A stretch of DNA of 64,000 nucleotides from NCBI GenBank assembly GCA_049970895.1, contig JBMFMB010000001.1:96001-160000 (forward strand). The letters run 5' to 3'. The notes beneath the pieces are model-generated. The model was not told the origin of the DNA and made no database searches. It was given only the letters and a program-made list of their open reading frames with translations. This document shows, in pieces, positions 29,562-39,620 of the stretch. The translations under genes were made by a program, and so were the position numbers. How positions within the stretch are numbered: the stretch's first letter is position 1; each line of letters opens with the position of its first letter. Source of the DNA: Candidatus Bathyarchaeia archaeon. Lineage in GTDB: Archaea > Thermoproteota > Bathyarchaeia > Bathyarchaeales > Bathycorpusculaceae.

Positions 29562-30611
29562 ATGCGAGAGGCTATGCTTTATGAGAAGCTAGAGAATAAG
29601 AAGGTTAAGTGTAATCTATGTGGCAGAAGATGCACAATAAATAACGGTGGAACAGGCTTCTGCCTTGTTAGAAAAAATGACGGGGGCACCCTTTACTCGC
29701 TCGTTTATGGTAAGGCAATATCCGCATGTATAGATCCAATTGGTAAAAAACCCCTTTCGCATTTTCATCCCGGAGCATCCGTCATGTCCATTGCCACTGT
29801 TGGCTGCAACTTCCGCTGCCAATTTTGCGACAATTGGATGATAAGCCAGGAAAAAAAGATTGCTGGAAGAGACTTTCCACCAGAAGAAGTTGTTAAGGCT
29901 ACCAGGGATAACGGGTGCCAAGGAATAAGCTACACATACACCGAACCAACAATATTTTTTGAATACGCATACGATACAGCTAAGCTTGCACATCAACTGG
30001 GATTCTTCAACACCTTCGTTACAAATGGGTATATGACCCCCGAAGCCGTTAAGACGATAGCACCATACCTTGATGCTGCCACAGTGGATTTTAAGGGGGG
30101 AGGTGACCCAGACTTTTATAGGGTCTTTTCTGCCGTTCCATCAGTTGAGCCTATTTACGAGTCTTTAAAGGAGATGAAAAGAAATGGCATTCACATTGAA
30201 ATCACAAATTTGGTTGTGCCGAAAATAGGGGATTCAATAGATAGGATAAGGGAGTTAGCAACTTGGATAAGGGAAAATCTTGGAGAGGACACGCCCCTTC
30301 ACTTGCTGCGTTTCCATCCAGACTATCAGCTTACGAATATTCCTTCAACACCTATTGAAGCTTTGGAGAAGGCTTATGCTGCTGCCAAGAGCGTCGGCTT
30401 AAACTATGTTTATATTGGAAATGTGCCTGGGCATCCAGCTGAAAACACTTATTGCCCAAGCTGTAATGAACTCTTGATTAAACGCTTCAGCTTTGAAATT
30501 ACAAAATGGAATTTAACTAAGGATATGCGCTGTCCCGTTTGTGGGCGGGAAATCCCAATTAAGGGGAAACTCCATGCTAGTGGCTACGCTTACCCCTATG
30601 CGCTCTTCTAA
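29562..30611 (+). CDS. AmmeMemoRadiSam system radical SAM enzyme
   Basis: C.LC...C, DPIGKKPL.HF.PG, GCNFRCQFCDNW, YTYTEP, TYCPSC. Confidence 0.88.
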   Translation: MREAMLYEKLENKKVKCNLCGRRCTINNGGTGFCLVRKNDGGTLYSLVYGKAISACIDPIGKKPLSHFHPGASVMSIATVGCNFRCQFCDNWMISQEKKIAGRDFPPEEVVKATRDNGCQGISYTYTEPTIFFEYAYDTAKLAHQLGFFNTFVTNGYMTPEAVKTIAPYLDAATVDFKGGGDPDFYRVFSAVPSVEPIYESLKEMKRNGIHIEITNLVVPKIGDSIDRIRELATWIRENLGEDTPLHLLRFHPDYQLTNIPSTPIEALEKAYAAAKSVGLNYVYIGNVPGHPAENTYCPSCNELLIKRFSFEITKWNLTKDMRCPVCGREIPIKGKLHASGYAYPYALF

Positions 30612-30653
30612 CACTTTTCTAACACTTTCGCAGTCTAAATTTGGTCGAGTGCG

Positions 30654-31745
30654 ATGTGGAGGATCCTTCGTCCAGACGCTGTAGCCGTGCTGAACGACAA
30701 AATGGCAAGAAAGAGCTTAGCTAGATATTTTGCTGTAATGCAAAACGAGAAGCCGGCAAAGTTTCTGATAGCCAAAAAACTCCCAGCAAACTTTCAGGAG
30801 GACGCCGCATTAGAGGAGCTCTGGCGAATTCACATAGAACTTACGAGACAGTTCTGCGAACTTGAACGAGAAATAGATTTGAAAAGGAAAGATTTAGCGG
30901 AGATGCCGAAGCCAGAAAAATCCTACTTAGACCTCAAAATTGCCATTGCAAAACGCATACTTGAAAATTGCCACTTCTGCGTTCGAAGGTGCAGAGTGAA
31001 TAGGCTTGAGGGTAAATTAGGCTTTTGTAAGTGTGGAGCAGCGATAACTGTTTCAAGCATTTTTGAACACATGGGCGAAGAGCCAGAGCTTGTGCCTTCC
31101 GGAACAATATTCACTATGGGGTGCACAATGCGATGTAAACACTGCCAAAACTGGACAATATCCCAATGGATCGAAAGCGGAGAGCCCTACAAGCCAGAAA
31201 AGTTGGCAGGTGAAGTTGAAGAGCTACGTAGGGGCGGATGTAGAAATGCAAACCTTGTTGGCGGAGAGCCAACACCATGGTTGGAGCAGTGGCTTGAAAC
31301 ATTTAAGCATGTGAATGTGAATATACCTGTTGTTTGGAACTCAAACACCTATTACAGTCAAGAAACAGCCCAGCTTCTAGCGGGTTTTGCGGACGTTTAC
31401 CTCCTCGACTTCAAGTATGGACCGGGAGACTGTGCTGAGAGAATTTCGGAAGCCCCAAACTATTGGAAAGTTTGTACCCAGAACCATTTGACCGCTAAGA
31501 AGTATGGCGAGCTCATAATACGTGTTCTAGTATTGCCTAACCATCTTGAATGTTGTACAAAGCCCATACTGAACTGGATAGCTGAAAATCTCGGTAAAGA
31601 AACAAGGGTGAACGTCATGTTTCAATATAGACCAGAGTGGCGGGCATATGAAATCCCAGAACTGAGGAGAAGGCTAACAAGAGATGAAATGGAAAAGTCG
31701 GTTAAACTCGCGAAGGAAGCGGGATTAGTTAACTTTATAACATGA
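30654..31745 (+). CDS. PflX-like radical SAM protein
   Basis: C.FC.R.C.VNR, HMGEEPEL, CTMRCKHCQN, IIRVLVLPNH, MFQYRP. Confidence 0.85.
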   Translation: MWRILRPDAVAVLNDKMARKSLARYFAVMQNEKPAKFLIAKKLPANFQEDAALEELWRIHIELTRQFCELEREIDLKRKDLAEMPKPEKSYLDLKIAIAKRILENCHFCVRRCRVNRLEGKLGFCKCGAAITVSSIFEHMGEEPELVPSGTIFTMGCTMRCKHCQNWTISQWIESGEPYKPEKLAGEVEELRRGGCRNANLVGGEPTPWLEQWLETFKHVNVNIPVVWNSNTYYSQETAQLLAGFADVYLLDFKYGPGDCAERISEAPNYWKVCTQNHLTAKKYGELIIRVLVLPNHLECCTKPILNWIAENLGKETRVNVMFQYRPEWRAYEIPELRRRLTRDEMEKSVKLAKEAGLVNFIT

Positions 31746-31810
31746 GTTTAAGCCTTAATCGAAAGCTATTTCTTAAAGCCCACCCCTTCTTAATGCAGAA
31801 AGTGGTTAGA

Positions 31811-32020
31811 ATGCCATACTGCCCAGAATGCGGTGGAGAAATGCGATATATAATAGCCACCAAACACTATGTCTGCCAAAGCTGCGGACTTTCAGTAACA
31901 CAACAAGAACTCATAGAGTTAAGAGAAAAATTGAAGCCCCCGGTTGAGAGCGAAGAGGACGAGAAGGAAAGGCGAAGAAAGGAATACCTGAAATGGTGGC
32001 TAAGTAGCAAAAAGAAATAG
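31811..32020 (+). CDS. Small zinc-ribbon protein
   Basis: MPYCPECGG...CQSCG...EYLKWWL. Confidence 0.75.
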   Translation: MPYCPECGGEMRYIIATKHYVCQSCGLSVTQQELIELREKLKPPVESEEDEKERRRKEYLKWWLSSKKK

Positions 32021-32113
32021 TCAAGCAAAATTTCCCTTGTTTTATGGTTTGTTAGCAAACAACATAAAAGATCGTTATAGATTATTCCTAATAAACTTGT
32101 CAGAGGTGCGAAT

Positions 32114-32929
32114 GTGAGCGTACAAATGGAGATTATCTGTATCGGCAATGAATTATTGATTGGGAAAACTCTGAACACAAACGCCCAATGGCTTGCCAAA
32201 CGTGCAACTTCACTTGGAATAGTTGTTAAAAGAATAACAGTTGTTGGCGATGACGTTGAGGAAATTGCAAGTGCAGTGCGTGAAGCGTTAGGTCGGAAGC
32301 CCCGCTTCATGATCACAACAGGTGGATTAGGACCAACTTTTGACGACAAAACATTAGAAGGTATAGCCAAAGCCATAAACCGCAACTTGGAACTTAACGA
32401 AAAAGCCTTGGAAATGGTTAGGAAGAAGTATGAGGAGTACGCTAAAGCTGGAAAAATAGGCGCTGTTGAGATGACACACTATAGGGTTAAAATGGCGAAA
32501 CTGCCACAAGGTGCAGAGCCGTTGCCTAACCCCGTTGGAACAGCACCAGGAGTCCGATTAAGAATAGGCAACACAGATTTGATTGCTCTGCCGGGTGTTC
32601 CATCCGAGATGGAAGCCATTTTCGATGAGTACATAGCCAATTTGCTTAGGAAAGAAGCTGGAGATGTGACATTCTTCGAAACTAGCATATATGCAGACAA
32701 TATTATGGAGTCATCCCTAGCCCCGCTGATTGACATTACAATGCACGACAACCCATACGTCTACATAAAATCCCATCCAAGAGGAGCCGAAAAAAAGCCC
32801 CACATAGAAATCCACTTGTCAACAACTGCTAAGGACTCCAAAACAGCAAAGGACCGCCTAGGAAAAGCCATAATCCAGCTTTCTGAACTGATAAAGGAGA
32901 AGGGCGGAAAAGTTAAACTTAAAGAATGA
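32114..32929 (+). CDS. CinA N-terminal (molybdopterin-binding-like) domain protein
   Basis: IGNELLIG...NTNA, TGGLGPT.DD.T, NPVGTAPG, LPGVPSEM. Confidence 0.88.
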   Translation: MSVQMEIICIGNELLIGKTLNTNAQWLAKRATSLGIVVKRITVVGDDVEEIASAVREALGRKPRFMITTGGLGPTFDDKTLEGIAKAINRNLELNEKALEMVRKKYEEYAKAGKIGAVEMTHYRVKMAKLPQGAEPLPNPVGTAPGVRLRIGNTDLIALPGVPSEMEAIFDEYIANLLRKEAGDVTFFETSIYADNIMESSLAPLIDITMHDNPYVYIKSHPRGAEKKPHIEIHLSTTAKDSKTAKDRLGKAIIQLSELIKEKGGKVKLKE

Positions 32930-32944
32930 AGTTAAAATGTTATC

Positions 32945-33019
32945 TGGTTGCGATGATGGGCAGGCTAGACGCTGATACTATGCCAGATGATTGAAAATCC
33001 GGGTTCTCCGAAGCAACCA
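32945..33019 (+). ncRNA. Putative box C/D guide sRNA
   Basis: TGGTTGC/GCAACCA terminal stem enclosing ATGATG(C)-guide-CTGA(D')...ATGATT(C')-guide-CCGA(variant D). Confidence 0.6.
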
Positions 33020-33087
33020 CATACTAGACTTATTGATCGTGGTTTCATAAAAGCCATAAATAAGCCCTCAATAACGATTCTGAGAAA

Positions 33088-34227
33088 ATGAGGCAAAAAC
33101 TTTCAAGAATTCTAATGGTGCTCCTCGTTCTTTTCGCGTTTTCCTACACGCTTTCATCGTGCTTCCCGGAAAATTATACGCTCACCTACAACCTTTTAGA
33201 CCGCCCAGATGGCGCAAAGCAATATAGGTTAAACGTTGTTGTACCCCAATCACTTTACGAATATTACATTGGACAAAATCACAAGCAAGTTTCAGAAGTA
33301 GACTTCGCAAAATTTGTTACACCACAAGCGCTAAAACCGATTGCAGACAAACTTTGGGAAATATATCAAGGCGATTATGAGAATTTCGCAAATGGAGTTT
33401 TAATGATAGTTCACCAGATACCCTACGAAGTAACAATACCAGCCAAATACCCAGTGGAAACAATTGTGGAGAACAAAGGGGACTGCGACCTCCTTAGTTA
33501 TGTGGCAGCCTCAATAATGAAGGCTGGGGGTCTCGACGTTGTCCTCCTATACTATAAAGATAAGACGCATATGAATGTTGGTGTTAACCTTCCAAACCCG
33601 CCACGATATGTGAGGACAAAAGTCTATTATGTGAACTACGGTGGCGTCAGTTATTATATTGCAGAATGTACTGGCGGAAATTGGAAAACAGTATGGAGAG
33701 TTGGGGAATGCCCACCAGACCTAATTGGAGAAACTCCCATAGTAGTGACACTTGAAAATTGCGAACAACAATCACCCGGACAAGTTTCTGCAAGCTACAC
33801 AACATTGAAAGCTTCAACAATATCTTTAACAACCTCGTCAACTTTCATTACGCAGGGAAGCACAATAACACTTTCAGGGCAACTAACACCAAAGTTGCCA
33901 AACGAAAAAATAACGGTTTACGTTAGAATAGGTAGCTCTCAATGGATTGCGGCAAATTTAACAACCACAGGCTATAGTGGTGAATTTACATGCACCCTTA
34001 ACCTTAATGAGGCTGGTATATGCTACATCCGTGCAAGCTGGTCTGGAAACAATGATTACGCTGGAGCCGACAGCCCAATAATAACCGTGACCGTTCTACC
34101 AATCTACCTAATCACATCCCTAATTATTGTTGTCGCCTTAGTTGGTGTAGGCGTCATCATACTTTTAGCCTCAAGAAAGGGATATCACGAAATTGAGGAA
34201 TTAAAGCTTCCTGAAATCCCGACGTGA
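33088..34227 (+). CDS. Membrane-anchored transglutaminase-like protein with Ig-like domain
   Basis: Signal peptide, GDCD...H...E triad, beta-rich domain, C-terminal TM. Confidence 0.65.
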   Translation: MRQKLSRILMVLLVLFAFSYTLSSCFPENYTLTYNLLDRPDGAKQYRLNVVVPQSLYEYYIGQNHKQVSEVDFAKFVTPQALKPIADKLWEIYQGDYENFANGVLMIVHQIPYEVTIPAKYPVETIVENKGDCDLLSYVAASIMKAGGLDVVLLYYKDKTHMNVGVNLPNPPRYVRTKVYYVNYGGVSYYIAECTGGNWKTVWRVGECPPDLIGETPIVVTLENCEQQSPGQVSASYTTLKASTISLTTSSTFITQGSTITLSGQLTPKLPNEKITVYVRIGSSQWIAANLTTTGYSGEFTCTLNLNEAGICYIRASWSGNNDYAGADSPIITVTVLPIYLITSLIIVVALVGVGVIILLASRKGYHEIEELKLPEIPT

Positions 34228-34292
34228 CGAAAAAAGCTTTTACCATAGAATATGAGTTATTGCGTATACTCACCTCACAGAAGTGGGCTAGC

Positions 34293-35054
34293 ATGTTTGT
34301 TGTATTTATCATTGGAACAGCTGGCTCTGGAAAGTCTCTACTAACAGCAGCCTTCAGTGAATGGCTAAGGCTTTCCAAGCAAGACGTGGCAATAGTGAAC
34401 CTAGACCCCGGAGCCCTAACGCTTCCATATTCGCCAGACGTAGACGCCCGCGATTATATAAGCGTAGACAAAATCATGGAAGAGTACGGTTTAGGACCAA
34501 ACGGTGCCCTAATTATGGCTGCGGATCTCTTAGCAGACGAGATTGAAAATATTTCAAAAGAGGTGGAGGATTTAAAATCAGACATTGTTTTGGTTGACAC
34601 ACCGGGGCAAATGGAACTGTTTGCATTTAGAGCGAGTGGACCCTACATAGCCAGCGAGCTTACAAAGGAGCGAAAGGCCATAGTCTACCTTTTTGACGCC
34701 GTCTTCTCGCTAAACCCATTGAATTATGTTTCAAATCTGTTTCTTTCAGCAGCTGTTTACAACCGATTTCTGCTACCCCAAATACACGTGCTCTCAAAAT
34801 GCGACTTACTGTCAGATGAGGACGTTAACAAAATTGTGGATTGGTCGGCAAACCCGAAAGCCTTAGAATTTGCCATTGAACAAAAGCTTGAGGGAACAAA
34901 TCGCCTCATGAGCAGAAACATGATGAAGGCTATCTACCAGCTTGGCTTAAGGTTTCTTCTCATCCCAGTTTCGGCGAAAACAAATGAGGGTATGGTCAAC
35001 TTCAACATGGCTTTGGAACGCGTACTTGCAGGAGGAGAAAAATACACGTACTAA
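34293..35054 (+). CDS. GPN-loop GTPase
   Basis: GTAGSGKS, NLDP, LGPNG, DTPGQME, SKCD. Confidence 0.93.
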   Translation: MFVVFIIGTAGSGKSLLTAAFSEWLRLSKQDVAIVNLDPGALTLPYSPDVDARDYISVDKIMEEYGLGPNGALIMAADLLADEIENISKEVEDLKSDIVLVDTPGQMELFAFRASGPYIASELTKERKAIVYLFDAVFSLNPLNYVSNLFLSAAVYNRFLLPQIHVLSKCDLLSDEDVNKIVDWSANPKALEFAIEQKLEGTNRLMSRNMMKAIYQLGLRFLLIPVSAKTNEGMVNFNMALERVLAGGEKYTY

Positions 35055-35677
35055 CAATCAAAGAATGTCCATGCTGCAGCTAAAGCCCCATATTCAGCCG
35101 ACTCTAAACTGTTAGCACCAGCAACTACAATAACATCGTTCTCCTCGGGCTGTAAAACTTCAATAAGCTTTTCTGCAATTTTCGGGTAGTCCCTTGAAAG
35201 ATCATCACAAACGGATGGTATAATTAGCCGCCCATTCTTGAAAATTATCGTGGTAACACATTTCGCGCCAACCATCACCGCAGCATCTCGCTGTTCTATA
35301 CCCAATTTAACCCTATCTCCACAGTTTTTAGCCAATATAGCAGAGTTAAACGGCGTAGGCATAAGCTTAGTCTTTCCGATTTTAGCTCGCCTTCTAAAAA
35401 TTTTCCTATATTCCTCAAAGAGCTTAAGTCCCTTAACGGTTAGCTGGCAGCCCGCTTTCGACGTTGAAACAATTCCAGCTTTTTTCAACCGATTTATTAG
35501 AGTGCGAACGGCGCCTTCACCAACCCTTAACTCTTGGGCAAGTTTACCTCGACCCAATGGTTTTTCAGAAACGAGCTCAATTGCACGCAGGACATGAAAA
35601 ATAGAAAACGTGCGTGCTGGTCCTGGTGCCTTTTCGCCAACAATTTTCTCCAACAAATTTTTAACTTTGCTTGGCAT
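35051..35677 (-). CDS. HTH domain protein (DUF4443/DUF2111-like)
   Basis: PLGRGKLAQELRVGEGAVRTL; GIEQRDAAV..GA. Confidence 0.7.
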   Translation of the reverse strand: MPSKVKNLLEKIVGEKAPGPARTFSIFHVLRAIELVSEKPLGRGKLAQELRVGEGAVRTLINRLKKAGIVSTSKAGCQLTVKGLKLFEEYRKIFRRRAKIGKTKLMPTPFNSAILAKNCGDRVKLGIEQRDAAVMVGAKCVTTIIFKNGRLIIPSVCDDLSRDYPKIAEKLIEVLQPEENDVIVVAGANSLESAEYGALAAAWTFFDC

Positions 35678-35745
35678 GTTTCCACAATTAAAATTTATCT
35701 GAAACTATAAAAATTATTTCAATGTTTGACGATTTGAAGCGTTTG

Positions 35746-36132
35746 CTATTTTCTGGCATAATATTCTCTTACTATTCCAGCTGTTAATGCAATAAGCCCC
35801 ACTGCCAGCAAATATATCATCGGATAGATGAAAACCGAAAGCATGGATTCATAAGTTAATGCTGGCGGCATTTGCGGAGTGAAGAAGACCACAACCCACA
35901 TTATAATAAAAGTTGCAATGCAACCTAAACCAAAGCCTACGGAAAGCCCGTGTATAAAGCTACCTCTATCCACCTGATTATTTACGTTTGGCTTGCCTTC
36001 TTCCTCTTTTGACTTGATTTCTTGTTCTGATGCTTGCTCTTCTTCTACGGGCTCCTGTGGCATTTGTTCAAGCTCTTCTTGATCTAAACCTTCGCTGAAT
36101 TGAATTTCTTGGGCTTCCTCTTCAACTTCCAT
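35746..36132 (-). CDS. Hypothetical membrane protein with acidic N-terminus
   Basis: Glu-rich N-terminus, two TM segments. Confidence 0.65.
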   Translation of the reverse strand: MEVEEEAQEIQFSEGLDQEELEQMPQEPVEEEQASEQEIKSKEEEGKPNVNNQVDRGSFIHGLSVGFGLGCIATFIIMWVVVFFTPQMPPALTYESMLSVFIYPMIYLLAVGLIALTAGIVREYYARK

Positions 36133-36221
36133 GCTAACCGCCTCTTTGAGATTTGAATGAGTGAAATAATAAAGTTATTCAATTTTAGATTTGTATTTTG
36201 AATAAGAATTTAGAGTTAGGT

Positions 36222-36482
36222 TTACCGTTGCAATAATTTGGGTGCAAGCCTTTCTATGGCATCCTTAAGTCTATTCCACTCCTCCATATTCCTAACATTA
36301 AACTTGTGCTTCCTTTTCCAAACGCCATCCCTCTTTTGCCACAAGTATAGCCCAATGGAGCGTCTACCAAAGGATTCAAAGATTACTATGGCTTCCCACC
36401 ATTTTTCACTCTTAAAAATTGTAATGTAATCGATTACCTTGTAGAATTCAGAAATAGGCAACTTTTCGACAGGTTCCGTCAT
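36222..36482 (-). CDS. Hypothetical protein (86 aa, aromatic/basic)
   Basis: GAGG SD before ATG at 36482. Confidence 0.6.
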   Translation of the reverse strand: MTEPVEKLPISEFYKVIDYITIFKSEKWWEAIVIFESFGRRSIGLYLWQKRDGVWKRKHKFNVRNMEEWNRLKDAIERLAPKLLQR

Positions 36483-36574
36483 GATACTTATTCCTCGCTT
36501 TCTAAGGTCTTCTAAATAAGGCGATTTAAGCGTTTTAAACATAAAAATGTAAGTTTTTGAGTTGGGGGGATTAA

Positions 36575-37783
36575 TTAGCAGATTGAAATTTTTCCTTGAG
36601 CTAGATCCATGCAAAACTTGTCTATGTTTTCAAGTTCATAATCCAATACAGCTTCTATCTTACTCTTAACTTTGTCAAGTGAACTGTTTTCTGCCATAAC
36701 AACTTGTGTTGCAGCAATTGCCGGCTGGTCTATTGGGCGCCCAATTTCACTAAGAAGCCATACATAAACCTCCTCAAGTTCAGGCACTTCCTCGTACACG
36801 TGCTGCGCAACCTTGAATGTTAAAACGTTGTATATTTTTCCAACGTGGCTTACCGGGTTTTTGCCAGCAGCAGCTTCTGAGCAGAAAGGCCTGTTTAAAG
36901 ATATTAAACCGTTTACACGATTTCCCCTACCCACTTGCCCAGAGTCTCCGCTGTCTGCACTTGTTCCCAAAACTGTTAGGTATACTCCGTCTATTCCTCT
37001 GCCGCGTGCATCCAACGTGTTCAGTTGAACGTTTATCTTTTCGAAATCCGTGTTGGCTCTAACAAATTTGTCTATTTCTTCGAGAATTTTCGCCTTTTTT
37101 TCGAAATATTCCTCTTCGCTGCTTATGAAGCGGTCTACAAAAGCCATTGAAATTGTCAGGTTTAGATTGTTGTTGGTCCGTGAACCCATAACTTTTATGT
37201 CTTCGCCTGATTCCGGGTGGCGCTGCTTAAACTCTTTCGAATTTAGGAACTGCTCTGTTTTAAGCACTATTTTCTCTGTTCTAGTCATTGGCGCATAACC
37301 AACAGCTGCAGACGTGTCATTTGCCCCCAAAACTTTCCCTTCCCGCTTGAAGATGTCCATGAGTCCCGCTGAGCCCGGTTTAAGTTCCACTTGATATTTT
37401 ACATGTTTTTCCGGATCTACGAAGCGCATGTTTTTCCTAAACCATTCCTTTGCAACATTTACGGCTATTTCCTCAACATTTATTTTTACGCCGTCAAACT
37501 CTGTGGTTGCCCTGTCGCCGAAAACAAAGAGCATGGGCTGCTTTACGACGCCTCCTCCAAATCTAAGTTCGGACTGCCCAGCGACGAGTAGGGATTTATC
37601 AACATTATGGTGGAGTATTGTACCCGCCTTCTCCAAGTATTCTTTACTTAGGCGTAGGGATATTTGCTCCATAACCGCATCGCAAATGTAGTCCGGGTGC
37701 CCCAAACCCTTCCTTTCCACAATTTCCAGCCTTTGCTTTTCAAGAGGAGCCTGCCTCAACCTTTCAACTATTATGTTTCGCAA
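36575..37783 (-). CDS. mat: S-adenosylmethionine synthetase, archaeal type
   Basis: [47 protein letters not shown]. Confidence 0.96.
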   Translation of the reverse strand: MRNIIVERLRQAPLEKQRLEIVERKGLGHPDYICDAVMEQISLRLSKEYLEKAGTILHHNVDKSLLVAGQSELRFGGGVVKQPMLFVFGDRATTEFDGVKINVEEIAVNVAKEWFRKNMRFVDPEKHVKYQVELKPGSAGLMDIFKREGKVLGANDTSAAVGYAPMTRTEKIVLKTEQFLNSKEFKQRHPESGEDIKVMGSRTNNNLNLTISMAFVDRFISSEEEYFEKKAKILEEIDKFVRANTDFEKINVQLNTLDARGRGIDGVYLTVLGTSADSGDSGQVGRGNRVNGLISLNRPFCSEAAAGKNPVSHVGKIYNVLTFKVAQHVYEEVPELEEVYVWLLSEIGRPIDQPAIAATQVVMAENSSLDKVKSKIEAVLDYELENIDKFCMDLAQGKISIC

Positions 37784-37890
37784 TTTAATCCTCCATTGAT
37801 GCGCATTTGTGAAGTTTCGGTTTATGTAGAAAACATAAATATATATTTTGCTGTATTAACTTTGCATTTAGAATAACTGGTGGTTATTTA

Positions 37891-38424
37891 TTGATAATAA
37901 CGGGCTCCATGCTTAGGAAACTGCGAATTGAGGCTAAACTAACCCAGAAGAAGCTGGCGGAACTTGTTGGAGTTTCACAGGCGCATATTGCGAAAATCGA
38001 GCAGGGAAAAGTTGACCCTAGACTGTCAACGGTTAACAAAATTTTGAAAGTCTTAACCGAAGGAAAAGAGGTAAAGTGTAAGGATATAATGACGCGAGGT
38101 GTTCTTTTCGCAAGACCAGAAGACAGCATATTGAAGGTTAGCGAGATCATGGTCAGGCACGCCATTTCCCAAATGCCAGTAATTGAGGGGCACAAGGTTG
38201 TCGGGACGATAACTGAAGAAAGTATAATTAGAAAACTAGGTTCAAATATTGCAAACGAGAAGGTTAAAAATGTCATGGATCCGCCACTGCCAATAGCTTC
38301 TGAAGAAACAAGCATAAGCAGTGTTCGCCCGCTGCTTGAGAGGCGACAAGGAGTTTTGGTGGCGAGGGGCAAAAAGGTTATTGGAATAATAACTCGTTCA
38401 GATCTTTTAAAGACAATTAGTTAG
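37891..38424 (+). CDS. XRE-HTH + CBS-pair transcriptional regulator
   Basis: LTQKKLAELVGVSQAHIAKIE..KVDPRLST plus CBS motifs. Confidence 0.88.
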   Translation: MIITGSMLRKLRIEAKLTQKKLAELVGVSQAHIAKIEQGKVDPRLSTVNKILKVLTEGKEVKCKDIMTRGVLFARPEDSILKVSEIMVRHAISQMPVIEGHKVVGTITEESIIRKLGSNIANEKVKNVMDPPLPIASEETSISSVRPLLERRQGVLVARGKKVIGIITRSDLLKTIS

Positions 38425-38428
38425 AGGC

Positions 38429-39613
38429 TTGGAAATGTCGTTAAAAGATTTTGACCAACACGTTGCAAACGTAATTTCAATTCTAAGGAGGGAGGCACCA
38501 AAAGAAGCCATTATTATTCACCATGACGACGCGGATGGCTTATGTTCAGCAGCAATAACCCAAAAAGCTCTAGAAAGGGATGAAGTAAGGACAAAGACTT
38601 TCTGTCTGGAGAAGGTTTACACAGAAGTGATTGAGGACGTGCACTCGAAGGATGGGCAAACTATTTTTTATGTGGATATAGGCTCATCCCACGCAGACTT
38701 AATATCCAAATACAATGAGGGGCGAAACCTAACCATAATACTAGACCATCACGACCCAAAAATTTCCAAAGACCCAAAAGTTTTGGATTTAAACCTTGAA
38801 AATTTCGGCTTTAGGGGCGAGACAGACTTTTCAGGAGCCACATGCTGCTACCTTTTCGCAAAAGCCTTAAACAAAAGCAACTATGACTTGGGATACTTGG
38901 CTCTTGTTGGAAGCTGCGAAATTCCAGAAGGTTTCAAATCGATTAACGAGATTGTTTTGGAGGAATCCCTAAAAGCTGGGATAGTTCAGAAAAAGGGAAA
39001 GAACTTTGAAATTACAAAGTTGAATATAAACGTAGATGCTTTATTTTCAAAACTTCAAATTTTAGGCGCTGTCGGCTATTATGAAAACGGCCCTGATTTA
39101 GGTATAAAGGCGTGTTTAGAAGGAATAAGTCCAGAAATAGAAGAGAGAATTAACGCATTAGAAGAGAGAAGAAGGGAAGTTAACCGCAAGCTTTTAGGAA
39201 TATTATATCGCGAGAGGCTTAGGGAAACTGAACACATACAATGGTTTGACGCTGGAAACTTGTACGCTGGCATGGGAACAAAGGTTATTGGACAATTCTG
39301 CTCCTTCCTATCCTATCAAGCTCGGCTAATAAAGCCCAACAAGTACTTACTTGGCTTTGTTAATGTACCACCAGAAATACCGAAATGGGGAAGGCTTAAG
39401 GAGAAGTTTGTTAAAGCTTCCGTGCGGGTGCCGAAACCCATGCAACAACTAATAGACAGCGGAAAACTGCCCAGTGCTGTCAATCTTCTAGAGAAGGCTT
39501 CTGAGAGTTTTGGAATGGCGGATGGGCACCAATACGCCGCAAATGTTGTCCTGCCAGCAGATAGAAAAATGGAGCTCATAGAAAATGCTGAGAAGGTTAT
39601 AGAAAAGACTTAA
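38429..39613 (+). CDS. DHH family (RecJ-like) phosphoesterase
   Basis: HDDADG, VDIGS, LDHH, DGHQYAA. Confidence 0.85.
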   Translation: MEMSLKDFDQHVANVISILRREAPKEAIIIHHDDADGLCSAAITQKALERDEVRTKTFCLEKVYTEVIEDVHSKDGQTIFYVDIGSSHADLISKYNEGRNLTIILDHHDPKISKDPKVLDLNLENFGFRGETDFSGATCCYLFAKALNKSNYDLGYLALVGSCEIPEGFKSINEIVLEESLKAGIVQKKGKNFEITKLNINVDALFSKLQILGAVGYYENGPDLGIKACLEGISPEIEERINALEERRREVNRKLLGILYRERLRETEHIQWFDAGNLYAGMGTKVIGQFCSFLSYQARLIKPNKYLLGFVNVPPEIPKWGRLKEKFVKASVRVPKPMQQLIDSGKLPSAVNLLEKASESFGMADGHQYAANVVLPADRKMELIENAEKVIEKT

Positions 39614-39620
39614 GCGCGTT

